Origin: Botryllus schlosseri
Lineage: Eukaryota
NCBI GenBank assembly: GCA_051294905.1
Contig: CM119371.1
Coordinates: 26,786,001 to 26,850,000, forward strand
DNA length: 64,000 nucleotides
Reading direction: 5' to 3'
The position numbers and the translations under genes were made by a program. Below, piece by piece: positions 1 through 11,095 of the stretch. Position 1 is the first letter of the stretch. Each line of letters opens with the position of its first letter. The notes under the pieces were generated by a model. The model did no database searches, was not told the DNA's origin, and saw nothing but the letters and a program-made list of their open reading frames with translations.

Positions 1-121
1 CATTGAATAGCCGTGAGATCTGTATTGAACCAAATCAACGATAATGATTTATGACGATCGAGTTAACATGACAAGACATCACGCAGCAGATCTAGTTGCC
101 AAGTCCGGATCAAATCAGAAT

Positions 122-2132
122 TCACCATTCATTTACTTTCCCTGCCATAGTCGCCCGAATATTCTCCATACGAACTGAGCGATCTTTTGGATCTGTCTCC
201 TTCATAATGCCGACTTCATGCATCCGACACACAGACACGGACGATTCTCCGGCATTCGACGTTTCGATAACGGCTACGTTACGATCCAAATCGTCCAATG
301 CGAGAGCGCACACTTGTTGTTTTACAGAGATAAAACCCAACTGTTCGTAAATCGACGAGTCGGAAGTGCGGAATAAAATACATCAAACCTGACCGCTCTT
401 CGGTGGCAATCTTCGTGGGCTCGTGGAGTACATAACACTCAGGCTACGATTGATAAGCAATTGGCATTGATCGAGAGCAGGTACCAACTGAATCAATTTA
501 AAATCTCTTGTATCCCAAACTTCAGTGTTTATGATCACTTCCAAACGGTTCGGTGGAATACACCGCTGACGGCTTGGTTGAACTCATCAAATCTATGCAC
601 AGGTAACGTCTGGTGCTTTCGGACATCCTAGAAACACCCGTCGCTTAGGACTAACCGGTCGTCATACGAAAACGTGGCGCGATGTTTTGGTAGAAACACG
701 ACTGGTTGTCTTCTATATAGGTATCAGCACTCACGTCATTTCCGTAGGTGTTGATAGCCGTGCCAGTGTTGCGGTCGTAGATAATTGCTTGCATTAAAAT
801 ACTCGTGGCGACTATTTTGTCTTGCACGGTCGTGTAAAATTCGACATAATCAATACTGTCAAAAGTTACCTTTATGTCGAACGTATTGTCCATATAGCTA
901 AAAGAACACAGTTGTGGGAGTACCAGTTGGATGATCGGGTCAGCATCACGTCTCCGGCGTACGAGGGTTCGATGCTAAATAACGGCCGAATCAAAAACTC
1001 CTGTCTTGATGCGATCTTTGAAGTTTGACGCTTTGGAGAAGTGAAAATTTCCAGCACTGTCTCCGAGAATGAGCTCGCAATCGTCATCGTGACTGAACGC
1101 AACAGACGTGAAGCGCTAATTTTGATCCCTGGTAGGCCGGGTCTCTCCAGCAGGTCTGAATCGGCAGTAAATCATTCTCAATTCGTGCCTCATACCGCCC
1201 CATTCAGGATAAACCCCTTGTCGATAACAGTGTCGTTTTTGGATGTTGATCGATGCTTCAATTTTGTTCGTAGGCTTGGAGCAACGGCGGCGGATGAATA
1301 GAGAAAACGGCGGCAAAGGTACTACCGGATTTCGACTTTGAGTGTTTGTGATTGCTGCATTTCTCTATGAAAGAATTGAGAGTAACACACCGAGCGATAT
1401 CATGTTCTGCAATAAACCTTTTGCTAGGTTCGAATTTTTTCACATATTGATCCGTGAATAAAAAGTTATGATCTGCATCTGGAAAAGCCTCAACGATAAG
1501 TGTCCTGCGAGGATCCGACAAAACAGACAAATATAAATAATCGGCAGAAAGTCATCATCATACCCTGCGCCGCAAGTCTTTGAGGCAACATTACTTGTCA
1601 TCACATTCTTCCATTTAGCGTCGAGAATTGCTCTTCTTGTTACGATTCCTTTCAAGAGTAACTTCACATTGTTGCCAAACTTGACGTCTAGCTGTTTGTT
1701 GTCTTTGCGGATGGGCTTCCGGATAGATTCATGTATTTTGCTGGTCAACACGTGAAGCTTTGGTGAGATCTCACGCACTGGATGGTATTCCGCAAGTCCT
1801 ACGAGCGCTTTACAAGTAAAGTAACGGGTTTCGTCTGCCGTACGTGCCGGCTTCGTGACACCTAACAAAGATAGCAGGGTGTTCAAACCATCTGCCTGCC
1901 GAATGAGTTTCTTTAACTTCACGTTTCTTCTTGTTACACCATGGTGCAGCGTGCACTTTAAAAGGTTCACGTCTGGATGCATAATAGTGTTGATAACAAG
2001 ATACGATATCTTACATATCCTCCACACACAGTCATATCTTTCAAAATCTGGCAGCAGTCCACATTCCAGGCAGCTTGGTCGTCCCACACTTTGGAAGACA
2101 AGAGAATAGCTCCTGAACACAAAATCGACCAA
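122..2132 (-). pseudogene. DCAF1: Degenerate DCAF1/VprBP-like pseudogene (C-terminal half: helical region, decayed LisH, WD40 region)
   Basis: Collinear ORF fragments in different frames match DCAF1 motifs: DGLNTLLSLL..TADETRYFTCKALVGL (cf. NGIKVLLSLL..DADQIRALACKALVGL), [72 protein letters not shown]. Several frameshifts; no introns evident. Confidence 0.88.
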
Positions 2133-3447
2133 ATTACCAGCTATAAATAGTCAATCAAATGGACCAAATTATCATAATTAAATAAGGAAAGCAAAAATTG
2201 TGATTTAGAGAATATATAATGAAACACATTCTCATTCATAGCATATTGCCACAGTGTAAAGACCTGGCTCGCCTGCACAAACTACCAATGTCGTTTTGTT
2301 GAAGGTTAACTAAATACCGTTTTTTGAGTGGTTCTAGTTCTAGTTGCGTGTTTTGAAAGAGATTTGTTCTAGTTCTTGTGCTTTAAAAAAAGGAATTAGT
2401 TGCGGAACAACTAGAAAGCCATCGTGAGGCATAATCAGTAGGGCAATTTTTTTTTCACTCGTTGAAATTATGTCAAAATTGTAGATTTAGGTCAGAATAT
2501 GAACTTTCTTTCTCTACTCTTGACAAGATACTCAGTAAGGCATACACTTTCTACCCGATAATGTAGGAAAATATAATTTGTTGTGCTACAAAATTTTCTC
2601 ATTGTTCTCATAATGCGTAATCTAACTACTGGAATTCTTCATATGGCTAGATTTTATTAAAATGATATTTTTTGATGTAAAAATTTGTCAGTTTTTGTGG
2701 CAAAAAATTTTTTTTCAGGCCGAACCACTTCGTTAGAAATGAATTTATAAGTAATAATAATTCTAATATTATGTGTGAATACCCCTAATTTGCATACGTT
2801 AGGTCACATTTGGTCAAAATTGAGATTTCAAGGTTAAAAATCTCAAAATTCTGATTTTTTAGGAGAAAAAATCGCCTACTAATGACTATCAAGCAGTTAA
2901 CGAGTGCACATACCTAGCACGATACGCTTACAGTTCCCAGGACATAAAATAATCTCCGGGTATGCTAATAACCTTTTTAAATAAACCTGAAAAGAGGGAG
3001 AACCAAGTCACTAATGACATCAATAATCTATCAAAGGAACATTGGCAGCGTACCAAGAAGCAATCGATACAATCAAGAACTGATTTGAAGTTTAAATATA
3101 AAAACTGTGTATGGGAGTGGGATATAGGCACATATATATTGATGTATATAATTTTTCAGCTGATGAAAATATGTAATGTTTAAAAAATGGATGGGGACTG
3201 AGAAATATTAATAAGACAATATGAGAGAAAATCATTTTAATATACTGGCGTTTGTCTCATTCTTGATGAAGTAGCGGTGTGCTTATTAGGACTGTTCAAA
3301 AATAACAATTTTTTCAAATGTTACGGCCCACTTAATAAAACTGTTGAATTGCCTGAAAAAATTTTGGCACAATTCCAACCAATAGAAGCATTGCTATATG
3401 AGAAAAAGTAATATATTTATTTAATAAAGATCAATATAAAAATATTA

Positions 3448-4203
3448 CTGGCAATCCCATGAAATTGTTAGGTTGCATGAAGAAAAAATGCACAACAAGT
3501 TTGGCTTAATTCCAACCAGTAAAAGCAAAGTTATTAGAGTACAAAATTTTCGGATTTGTAAAAAATAGTATTTACTGTGGAATAGTCTTCAAGTATTTAC
3601 TATGGATCTTTCAGATTATTCATGGCTAATAATAGCATTTACAGTGAACAGCTGGTCTGTGCTGCTCGTCGTAAATACTATTTCAAGCAATCAATAATTG
3701 AGATTTCATGAAGGAATAGATTGCACTTCTTAAATCCTATTTTATATTAACCATACTGCTTCAAAGTAGCCTACAATTTGCAATAATTTTTGTTTTGTGG
3801 AAACTCCACATTGATTTTAAGTTTGATTCCTGCCCCCCTTCCCCGATTTTATTTCATCAGTAACATTTTTCCATCGAGTTTAGAGCAATAAAGTTGATTT
3901 TTTCCAATTCCTTGGCCCCAGAATTGTATAATCAGACATTCTTATTGGTTCTCCACCATCGATAAAGCAACAAATATCGATTTTAAAGATTTTTGCATGC
4001 AGCACGTCCACCTAGCGACAAGAGAATATGGAATCGCATTATCTTTTGAACATTTGAAAATATTTGACAATTCTGAGGGCATTCATTACAAATTTCAAAA
4101 AAATTGCTAAATTATAAGTGAATGAGTCTCCTTCTGGTTGGAATTGAGCCATATTGTTGTGTTTCGCTTTTCAGACAACCTGACAATTTTGTGAGGTAGC
4201 CAG
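3448..4203. mobile_element. Old element with long imperfect inverted repeats
   Basis: GGCTTAATTCCAACCAG (3503) is inverted at CTGGTTGGAATTGAGCC (ends 4150); weaker complementarity extends about 50 bp outward on both sides. Confidence 0.5.
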
Positions 4204-4690
4204 CAGGGTTGTAATGACTCGGGTCATGACTGGATTCGAGTCACAATTTTCTGATGAGTCGATTTGACTCGAGTCATTTTCTCAAAATACGGAAATGACC
4301 CAACTCCAGTCAATAAGTGTATAGACTGGTCTTGGACTCGAGTCATTGCGCATGACTTGAACCAAGTCATGTGACAATAGAGACTCGGACGGCCAAGAGC
4401 GACATCACATTGCAATTTTGAGGAAACACACGATTGGGATTTCCTCTATTGGTACTGGTGGTTCTCTACTTGAAAATGTGACCAGAAAATGCTAAAAGTG
4501 AGGAAAATTAGTAACATAGATGCGAACCATTTGATATCACTAAACAGAGTTATAAAAAGTAGGTTTAACAAGACTTCAACTGGAAACTGAGCAGCCAACA
4601 CAATGACTTGGACTCGAGTCATAATGCCATGACTAAGACAAGAAAAGAAAATCCTCACAAAAGTTATTATTGCACATTCCGCAGTCAATA
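4204..4690. mobile_element. Fragment of the non-autonomous GACTCGAGTC-rich hAT-like family
   Basis: Starts CAGGGTTGTAATGACTCG; has multiple (T)GACTCGAGTCA palindromes like the complete copy at 53478-54472. Confidence 0.55.
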
Positions 4691-4984
4691 GCACCCCTCT
4701 AAATAACGTCCTGATGAAGCGATAAATATGACGATGCTCCGACTCTCGCTTGTCGTAATCCGACCGCACACGATCGCGCAGAAATGGAGATCGAAAAAAC
4801 GCGGCTTGTAAGTCTTGCTATCGTAGCGACAAATCGAACCTTGGCAGGTTACTCGGAAACATTGTCCGGCATTAAAATACAGCACAGACTTGGACAACAA
4901 ATATTCAGATTTTCTATATCAGATAGAATAATTGCTGTACAGTGTTTATCCAAATTAGACCCGGATTAGAATTGTGGCCACACA

Positions 4985-5154
4985 CAGGCCCGTAGCAAGA
5001 GAGGGCGTTTCGGGGTCGTCAACACGAGAAGATTCTATAATCGCCATTTACGCATGTACTTAACCCTAATCAATGGACGCTATATTAGTAAATTCGAAAC
5101 ACCTCCCTTTCATTTCAAAACCACCTCCTTATTTTTGGGCTGGCTAAGCGCCTG
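4985..5154. mobile_element. Short hAT-like MITE
   Basis: CAGGCCCGTAGC...GCTAAGCGCCTG termini; flanks GCCACACA/GCGACACG resemble a decayed 8-bp TSD. Confidence 0.45.
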
Positions 5155-5164
5155 GCGACACGGT

Positions 5165-5761
5165 TTATTGCAAATTAGATTAAAATTAGAATAATACCTA
5201 CAGTTTTTACAAATTATAGCTAACTACTAATTTTAGCTAACAGTGCTTTTTCAAATTAGACTAGAATTATTATTATAACTTGTGTTTTTCAAATTTGGTA
5301 AGAATTAAAATGATAGCCACAGTTTATTTCAAATTGGAATAAAATGGAATATTAGCTACACATCCTTCTCCTAACTAGACGAGAGTTATAGCTAACAGTT
5401 TTTTTTTCAAATTGCACTAGAATTTGGATTATATGTAAAATTACGCTGGAATTAAAATTATAGCTACAGTTCATTCCAAATTAGCATAAAAATTCAATAA
5501 TAGCTACACCTACACAGGTTTTTTACCGAACTAGACTGGAATTAGAATTGTAGCTACAGTTCCAACAAATTACACTGGAATTATAGCAAACAGATTTATT
5601 CCAAATTAGACTAGAAATAGGATCATTAGTTTTTTTTTCAAATTAACATACGATTAATATTACTGCTAGGCAACAGTTTATTCCAAATTAGATTATAATT
5701 ACAATAATAGCTACACATGTTTTTTTTCTTTTTCAAATTAGACTACAATTAGGATTATAGC
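5165..5761. repeat. Degenerate ~40-bp tandem repeat, left part
   Basis: Recurrent unit approximately TTCCAAATTAGACTAGAATTAGAATTATAGCTACAGTTT. Confidence 0.8.
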
Positions 5762-6019
5762 TGTTATGTTCTTGATCTTGTTCGAACAATAACTCAATAC
5801 GACGAGGTTGCAATATGAAATCAGTATATATTAACAGCAGAATAACTTCAAGACAGGCGACACGATCCAGAGTGCAGTTAAATGAAAAGACCACGAGACA
5901 ACAGAACACAGGATATAAATACAAGCACGACACACGAGGAAATAATGATTGGCGGTAATTACTAATCCTATAGAAAGAAAGAGTTGTACGACACCGAACG
6001 TAAATGCACGAACATAACA
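5762..6019 (-). repeat. 3' LTR
   Basis: TGTTATGTTC...GAACATAACA; no differences seen from 10257-10514. Confidence 0.97.
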
Positions 6020-6029
6020 GTCCTCCCCT
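6020..6029 (-). promoter_or_regulatory. Polypurine tract
   Basis: AGGGGAGGAC on the minus strand immediately before the 3' LTR. Confidence 0.85.
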
Positions 6030-6052
6030 GTAAGTTAGAGGGTTGCCCACAT

Positions 6053-7600
6053 TTACGGTCTATAGAAATCGGTGGGTTTTCTATTTCTAATAGGATAACG
6101 TCTGCCCGACGATCGAGCAGGACTAGCTGCAGGACGTTGTGCCCTATTCCTAACCAATGGTTGCTCAGCTTGTGACTGTTGAGGCTGAGCAACTTCCCGT
6201 GTGGCTGTATCATGACCAGTGGAAATCAAGCGTGGTTGGAGTTGGTTTTTGTGCCTCCTCCAATACCCATTATCTGTTTTTATGATGTACACAACACGCC
6301 CCAGTATTTCTGTCACCACGCCAGCAACCCACTTTGGTCCGCTTCGGTAACTGCGAGCGTAAACCGAGGAACCAATCTCAAAATGAGTGACTGATTGTCT
6401 AGGCGTAACGGGTTTCGATTTGTCGAAGGGCGAGCACAAACTTAACAAATTGCGCGGCTGTCGACCATGTAAAATCTCGGCAGGCGTTTTCCAGTCTATG
6501 CCCGGGTGCGGTGCACATCGGTACGTAGCGAGAAGTGTTTGGAGCGCGAAGTTGAGATCTTTTCCCCCGTCGCAATTTTTTATTAATCCAGCTTTTAAAG
6601 TCTGGACGAAACGCTCCGCTTCCCCGTTTGAGGCAGGGTGAAAAGACGGTGATACTATATGGCTGATTGCCAAATTAGAACAAAACGTATCGAATTCATT
6701 CGATGTGAATTGCGGCCCGCCATCCGTGACAATTGTTATGGGCAAGCCTTCGATAGAGAAGACTTCCCTCAAAGCGTTGACCACACACAAGGTTGTGGTA
6801 GAACCGACATTCATTCCTTTAACGAAAGGATATTTCGAATGCGCATCGACGATGACAAAAAACATTTTATTGTTTATTGGACCTGCGAAATCCAAGTGAA
6901 TTCGTTCAAAGCTTTCAGAAGTTTTAGGCCATTCGCGATACTGACGATCAGGCGCTTTCATTACCTTGCGGCAAGCGTCGCAACTCTTCACGAGATTTTC
7001 AATGTCTCGATTAATGGAAGGCCATGCGATGTAACGTCGAGCCATCTGCTTCATTTTCGCGATACCCCAATGTCCTTCGTGCAACAATGATAAGGCTCGC
7101 GAGCGAAGTGACTGCGGAATTACTACGCGCTGAAAACCATCAATGTTGAGCATGACTATGTCTTCGTGCAGAGAAAGCGAATGTTTGCGAGTCGAAAACC
7201 AAGAAAAATCATCAATGTGCACCTTGGGATTACAATTACCATGAGTGACAGATAATTTTACTAGTTTCATGGTTTTGTCTTTCAGCGTCGCGTCCCGAAT
7301 TTCATTGCGAGGTAACGGTAAGCCATCGAATGCCATATTAATAGCGTGAACAATCTCCGCGTTTTCACGAATTTCCAGTTCGTCAAACTCGGGGTCTGGA
7401 CCCTTTGGTAGGCGAGATAAACCGTCGGCGTTTCCGTGCTGATTGATCGGTTTATAGCGAATATCGTATTGATAAGCCATGAGCGTTAGTGCCCATCGCT
7501 GTAAGCGTTGCGCCGTAATCACGGGAATTTTCTTGTCCGGCGAGAAAATAGCTAAAAGCGGTTTGTGGTCCGTTACGAGCGTAAATTTTCTACCATACAA
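6053..7600 (-). CDS. Retrotransposon Pol C-terminal part: end of RNase H plus integrase (frame stays open upstream to about 7730)
   Basis: FTLVTDHKPL, RLQRWAL, NADGLSR; HHCC finger (LHEGHWG...CDAC); DDE core (HLDFAGP, TDGGPQF, NGEAER). Confidence 0.93.
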   Translation of the reverse strand: MYGRKFTLVTDHKPLLAIFSPDKKIPVITAQRLQRWALTLMAYQYDIRYKPINQHGNADGLSRLPKGPDPEFDELEIRENAEIVHAINMAFDGLPLPRNEIRDATLKDKTMKLVKLSVTHGNCNPKVHIDDFSWFSTRKHSLSLHEDIVMLNIDGFQRVVIPQSLRSRALSLLHEGHWGIAKMKQMARRYIAWPSINRDIENLVKSCDACRKVMKAPDRQYREWPKTSESFERIHLDFAGPINNKMFFVIVDAHSKYPFVKGMNVGSTTTLCVVNALREVFSIEGLPITIVTDGGPQFTSNEFDTFCSNLAISHIVSPSFHPASNGEAERFVQTLKAGLIKNCDGGKDLNFALQTLLATYRCAPHPGIDWKTPAEILHGRQPRNLLSLCSPFDKSKPVTPRQSVTHFEIGSSVYARSYRSGPKWVAGVVTEILGRVVYIIKTDNGYWRRHKNQLQPRLISTGHDTATREVAQPQQSQAEQPLVRNRAQRPAASPARSSGRRYPIRNRKPTDFYRP

Positions 7601-7650
7601 GAATTGACGAAATTTAGTGACTCCGTAAATGATTGACAGAGCTTCCTTCT

Positions 7651-10206
7651 CTATTTGAGAGTAGGATTTTTGCGAATCGGGAAGTGTTTTCGATGCGTGC
7701 GGGATCGGTCTCTCTTCGCCATTGTGCTCGATTGAGAAGCATCAGTTGACAAAATGAGCTGCTTGTTTACATCATAATGAGCTAACTGCGTAGCGTCGAT
7801 TACGTCGTTTTTTAGAATGCGATAAGCTGCGTCACAGTCCGTATTCCAAATGAATTTCGCGTCTTTTTGAAGAAGACGGTACAAGGCAGCGGCTTTATTC
7901 GTGAAATTTGGAATAAACGCGCGATAATAATTGACTTTGCCCTGGAATGCCTGTAGCTGGCGAACATCCTGAGATTTAGGCAACTGTTTGATTGCTTCAA
8001 CGGATTTGTTAGACGGGCGTTTGCCATCCTTGTCAATTATGTGACCAAGATACTCGATACTAGTTTTGAAAAATTCACATTTAGCGAAGTTGACGGTGAA
8101 ACCGTATTCGGTGAGGCGCTCAAAGAGTAGCGATAAGTTGCGAAAATGATCGCGTTCATTAATGCCAGTAACGATTATGTCATCGATAAAACTAGCAACA
8201 CCGGGTAAGCCGGCGATCATGGCATCAATACAACGTTGGAAATTTGCGGGACTAGATGCGACTCCGAAACACATGCGTCGATAACGGAATAGACCGAATT
8301 GCGTGTTGATGACACACAAATTCTTCGCATCATCATCTAATTCTAGCTGAAAATAAGCATCGGCAAGATCAATTTTCGTGAAAATACAACCACCCTGTAA
8401 CTTGTGAAGAATTTCATCTAAGGAGGGCAGGGGATGTTGATCTATCTGAATGTGTTGATTCAATGCTTTGAAGTCACCACAAATGCGTACTGATCCATTT
8501 GATTTAGTGACGGCAACAATTGGTGCTGCCCAATCACTGTAATTGATTGGTTCGAGAATACCTTGATCGACTAATCTATCCAATTCGGTTTGAACAGCGA
8601 TTTGCCTCGCGAAAGGCAAAGGACGTGGCTTGTTGAATACGGGCTTAGCATTAGGTTTCAAGTGAATTGTCACCTTTGTCTTGGTGCATCGTCCTAATAC
8701 ATTAGAGAAAACGGAGGGAAATTTGGACTGAAAAGATACCAATTTGTCGTTCGAATCAGAAATGTCGATAGTATTACATGATTGCGATTTGACCATCTGC
8801 GAGGAAATTGCATCCAAAGCAGACGTTCCCTTAGCGGTCATGGAGAAAGCATCGCTCCAATCGAGACCAAAAATGTTTTGCCCACGGTGTTCGTCGAGAA
8901 CTACCAATTTTAAGCCAACTCGAACTTCAGAACCCACCTGCACGGTTACAGTGCAAATACCTTTCACTTTCAGTGGCTTGTCGCCGTATGCTACGAAAGA
9001 GCAATGGTATGCTGAGAGTTTCGGAGAGCCCAAAGTTTTGTACCCAGTCAATCCCACCATGGCGGAGGGTGCACCAGTGTCCCACTGAGTCGGCAACGGA
9101 ATGCCGTTGATGCTGGAGTTGATCCAGAGATGGTTTCCTACGCGTCGATATAGTTGATCGATGTCGAAGGAGAGGAGCGGCACTGTGCAGAAATTGACGG
9201 ATGTGACCTGTTGCGTGATACTAGGTTTGGTAGACATGCAGACAGGTTTGATATGACCTTTACGACCACATTTCTGACATACTGAATGTCGATATTGACA
9301 GTCTTTTCTCTGGTGATCGATGAAACAGCGGCTGCAGGATTTTAGTCTTTCCAGGAAGTTGCCTTCGTTGGATTTGGAAGGTTTTCTCCCCTTCTGATAA
9401 CTTCCCGTCATTTTGTTGACGATGGAAGTGTCTTTTCCGCTACTCTCGCCCTGGATAACCCTATCGGTTTCCAGCGTTCTCACGTGTGTTGCGGCTACTT
9501 TGAGAACGTCGTCAAGGGATGGATTGGTTTGTGTTAGACAATGCCGTCTCACATCCGCGTGCGGCGTTTCTTCAATGATGAGATCACGCATTAGCTCATC
9601 AACGTAGCTCTGATCACAGCCATCTCTTGAGCATATGAAGTTGCAATCCTTGGTGATTCCGCGTAGAGTTGCGATCCAATCAGCGTACGATTGCCCCGGT
9701 TGCATTTTGCAATTGTAAAATTCGTACCTGGCTGCTTGCACATGAATTGAGTCTGTGAAGTGTGTAGACAACTTCTCGGTCAACGCGTCGAAGGTTTGTG
9801 CACTGACATCAGCAGCACCAAACAAATTACGTAGGAGCGAGTACGTTTCAGGTCCAACCCATAAGAGTAGACACGCTCTTTTCTTCTCCATGTTGGAAAT
9901 GCAGTAAATTGCAAGGTGATGGTTGAATCGTTGCAGATATTGGTCCCACTTCTCCTTTGATTTTACAAAGGAATCAAACTTGGGAGCGGCAGCTTCAGAT
10001 GTTGATGCACCGGGATTCAATCTCTGCGTTAATTGCGCCATTTCTTCCTTGTGCTGAGCATTTTGTTGCTTCATGTCTTCTTTGTGTTGGTTTTTTTGCT
10101 GTTTCAACCCAGCCATCACTTTCGCCATTGCTTCGTCATGCTGTGCGCGTTGTTCCGCCATCATTTCCTGCTGCTTCTCGAGCAGCTTCAGTATACCTGA
10201 ATCCAT
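7651..10206 (-). CDS. Gag-protease-reverse transcriptase polyprotein, truncated by a frameshift in RNase H
   Basis: Zn knuckles CSRCFIDHQRKDC and CQKCGRKGHIKPVC; protease WDTGA; RT motifs WAAPIV, RICGDFK, IDLADAYFQL, FGVASSP, FIDD, YLGH; RNase H start TDAS. Confidence 0.95.
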   Translation of the reverse strand: MDSGILKLLEKQQEMMAEQRAQHDEAMAKVMAGLKQQKNQHKEDMKQQNAQHKEEMAQLTQRLNPGASTSEAAAPKFDSFVKSKEKWDQYLQRFNHHLAIYCISNMEKKRACLLLWVGPETYSLLRNLFGAADVSAQTFDALTEKLSTHFTDSIHVQAARYEFYNCKMQPGQSYADWIATLRGITKDCNFICSRDGCDQSYVDELMRDLIIEETPHADVRRHCLTQTNPSLDDVLKVAATHVRTLETDRVIQGESSGKDTSIVNKMTGSYQKGRKPSKSNEGNFLERLKSCSRCFIDHQRKDCQYRHSVCQKCGRKGHIKPVCMSTKPSITQQVTSVNFCTVPLLSFDIDQLYRRVGNHLWINSSINGIPLPTQWDTGAPSAMVGLTGYKTLGSPKLSAYHCSFVAYGDKPLKVKGICTVTVQVGSEVRVGLKLVVLDEHRGQNIFGLDWSDAFSMTAKGTSALDAISSQMVKSQSCNTIDISDSNDKLVSFQSKFPSVFSNVLGRCTKTKVTIHLKPNAKPVFNKPRPLPFARQIAVQTELDRLVDQGILEPINYSDWAAPIVAVTKSNGSVRICGDFKALNQHIQIDQHPLPSLDEILHKLQGGCIFTKIDLADAYFQLELDDDAKNLCVINTQFGLFRYRRMCFGVASSPANFQRCIDAMIAGLPGVASFIDDIIVTGINERDHFRNLSLLFERLTEYGFTVNFAKCEFFKTSIEYLGHIIDKDGKRPSNKSVEAIKQLPKSQDVRQLQAFQGKVNYYRAFIPNFTNKAAALYRLLQKDAKFIWNTDCDAAYRILKNDVIDATQLAHYDVNKQLILSTDASQSSTMAKRDRSRTHRKHFPIRKNPTLK

Positions 10207-10234
10207 GCTTTATCTTCCTCGCAGAAATAACTAT

Positions 10235-10254
10235 GAATCCGACTTCTGAGACCA
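10235..10254 (-). promoter_or_regulatory. Primer-binding site, tRNA-Leu-like
   Basis: TGGTCTCAGAAGTCGGATTC 2 nt after the 5' LTR; resembles the complement of a tRNA-Leu 3' end (TGGTGTCAGAAGTGGGATTC) with 2 mismatches. Confidence 0.8.
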
Positions 10255-10256
10255 AT

Positions 10257-10514
10257 TGTTATGTTCTTGATCTTGTTCGAACAATAACTCAATACGACGA
10301 GGTTGCAATATGAAATCAGTATATATTAACAGCAGAATAACTTCAAGACAGGCGACACGATCCAGAGTGCAGTTAAATGAAAAGACCACGAGACAACAGA
10401 ACACAGGATATAAATACAAGCACGACACACGAGGAAATAATGATTGGCGGTAATTACTAATCCTATAGAAAGAAAGAGTTGTACGACACCGAACGTAAAT
10501 GCACGAACATAACA
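10257..10514 (-). repeat. 5' LTR
   Basis: 258 bp, matches 5762-6019. Confidence 0.97.
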
Positions 10515-11095
10515 ATAGCAACACAGTTTTTTACCAAATTATTAGATTAAAGTAGAATTATACTAGATATTTTCCAAATTACATACGAGGTAAAATTGTA
10601 GTTGGATTAGAATTCGAATTACGGCTAACATTTCTTTTTCCGAATTGGGCTAGAATTAGGATTACAACTGTTTTTCTCATATTACTTTGGAATAAGTTGT
10701 GGCTAAAGCATATTCCAAATTAGATTAAAATTAGAATATTAGCTACAGTTTTTCCAAATTAGACTAGAATTAGAATTATAACTAGTTCTTTCTTCAAATT
10801 AAGTTGGGAGCAAAATAATAGCTACAGTTTTTTTTCAAATTCGAATTACTGGCTAAGCGAAAACTTGTAAATTGAATGGAGTTTGTTGATATTAAATGAG
10901 AGTTCATTCCCATATGTACGAGGATTGCAAATGTCTGTGCACAGAAAACTTGGCTCAATTTGCTGTGTACAGTTCTCGTGTATAACAATTTCAGGTAAAC
11001 CAGAAATTAGGCCAATATCATAATTACAATTAGATCGTAAAAACATTTTACAAATCAAACTAGAATTAGATTGATAGCGTCTGGCTTTAGAATTA
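10515..11095. repeat. Degenerate ~40-bp tandem repeat, right part
   Basis: The same CAAATTAGA..GAATTAGAATTA unit resumes after the LTR element. Confidence 0.75.

Larger units (their letters stand above)
5762..10514 (-). mobile_element. Full-length Ty3/gypsy LTR retrotransposon, Mag-like
   Basis: Two 258-bp TG...CA LTRs; 5-bp TSD ATAGC at 5757-5761 and 10515-10519; primer-binding site, polypurine tract; gag-PR-RT-RH-IN domain order. Confidence 0.97.

Noticed and set aside
5165..5761. Regularly spaced ~40-bp repeats as a CRISPR array
   Set aside because: The units are contiguous and degenerate, with no unique spacers and no cas genes, in a eukaryotic context.
5733..6050. 105-aa and 97-aa ORFs (also 10231-10524) sharing a peptide
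   Set aside because: They are translations of the two LTR copies.
7600..7740. Programmed ribosomal frameshift between the two retroelement ORFs
   Set aside because: The break is inside RNase H, conserved residues are missing and no slippery heptamer is seen; a deletion explains it better.
6179..10313. Plus-strand ORFs overlapping gag-pol
   Set aside because: Antisense shadows with no recognisable motifs.
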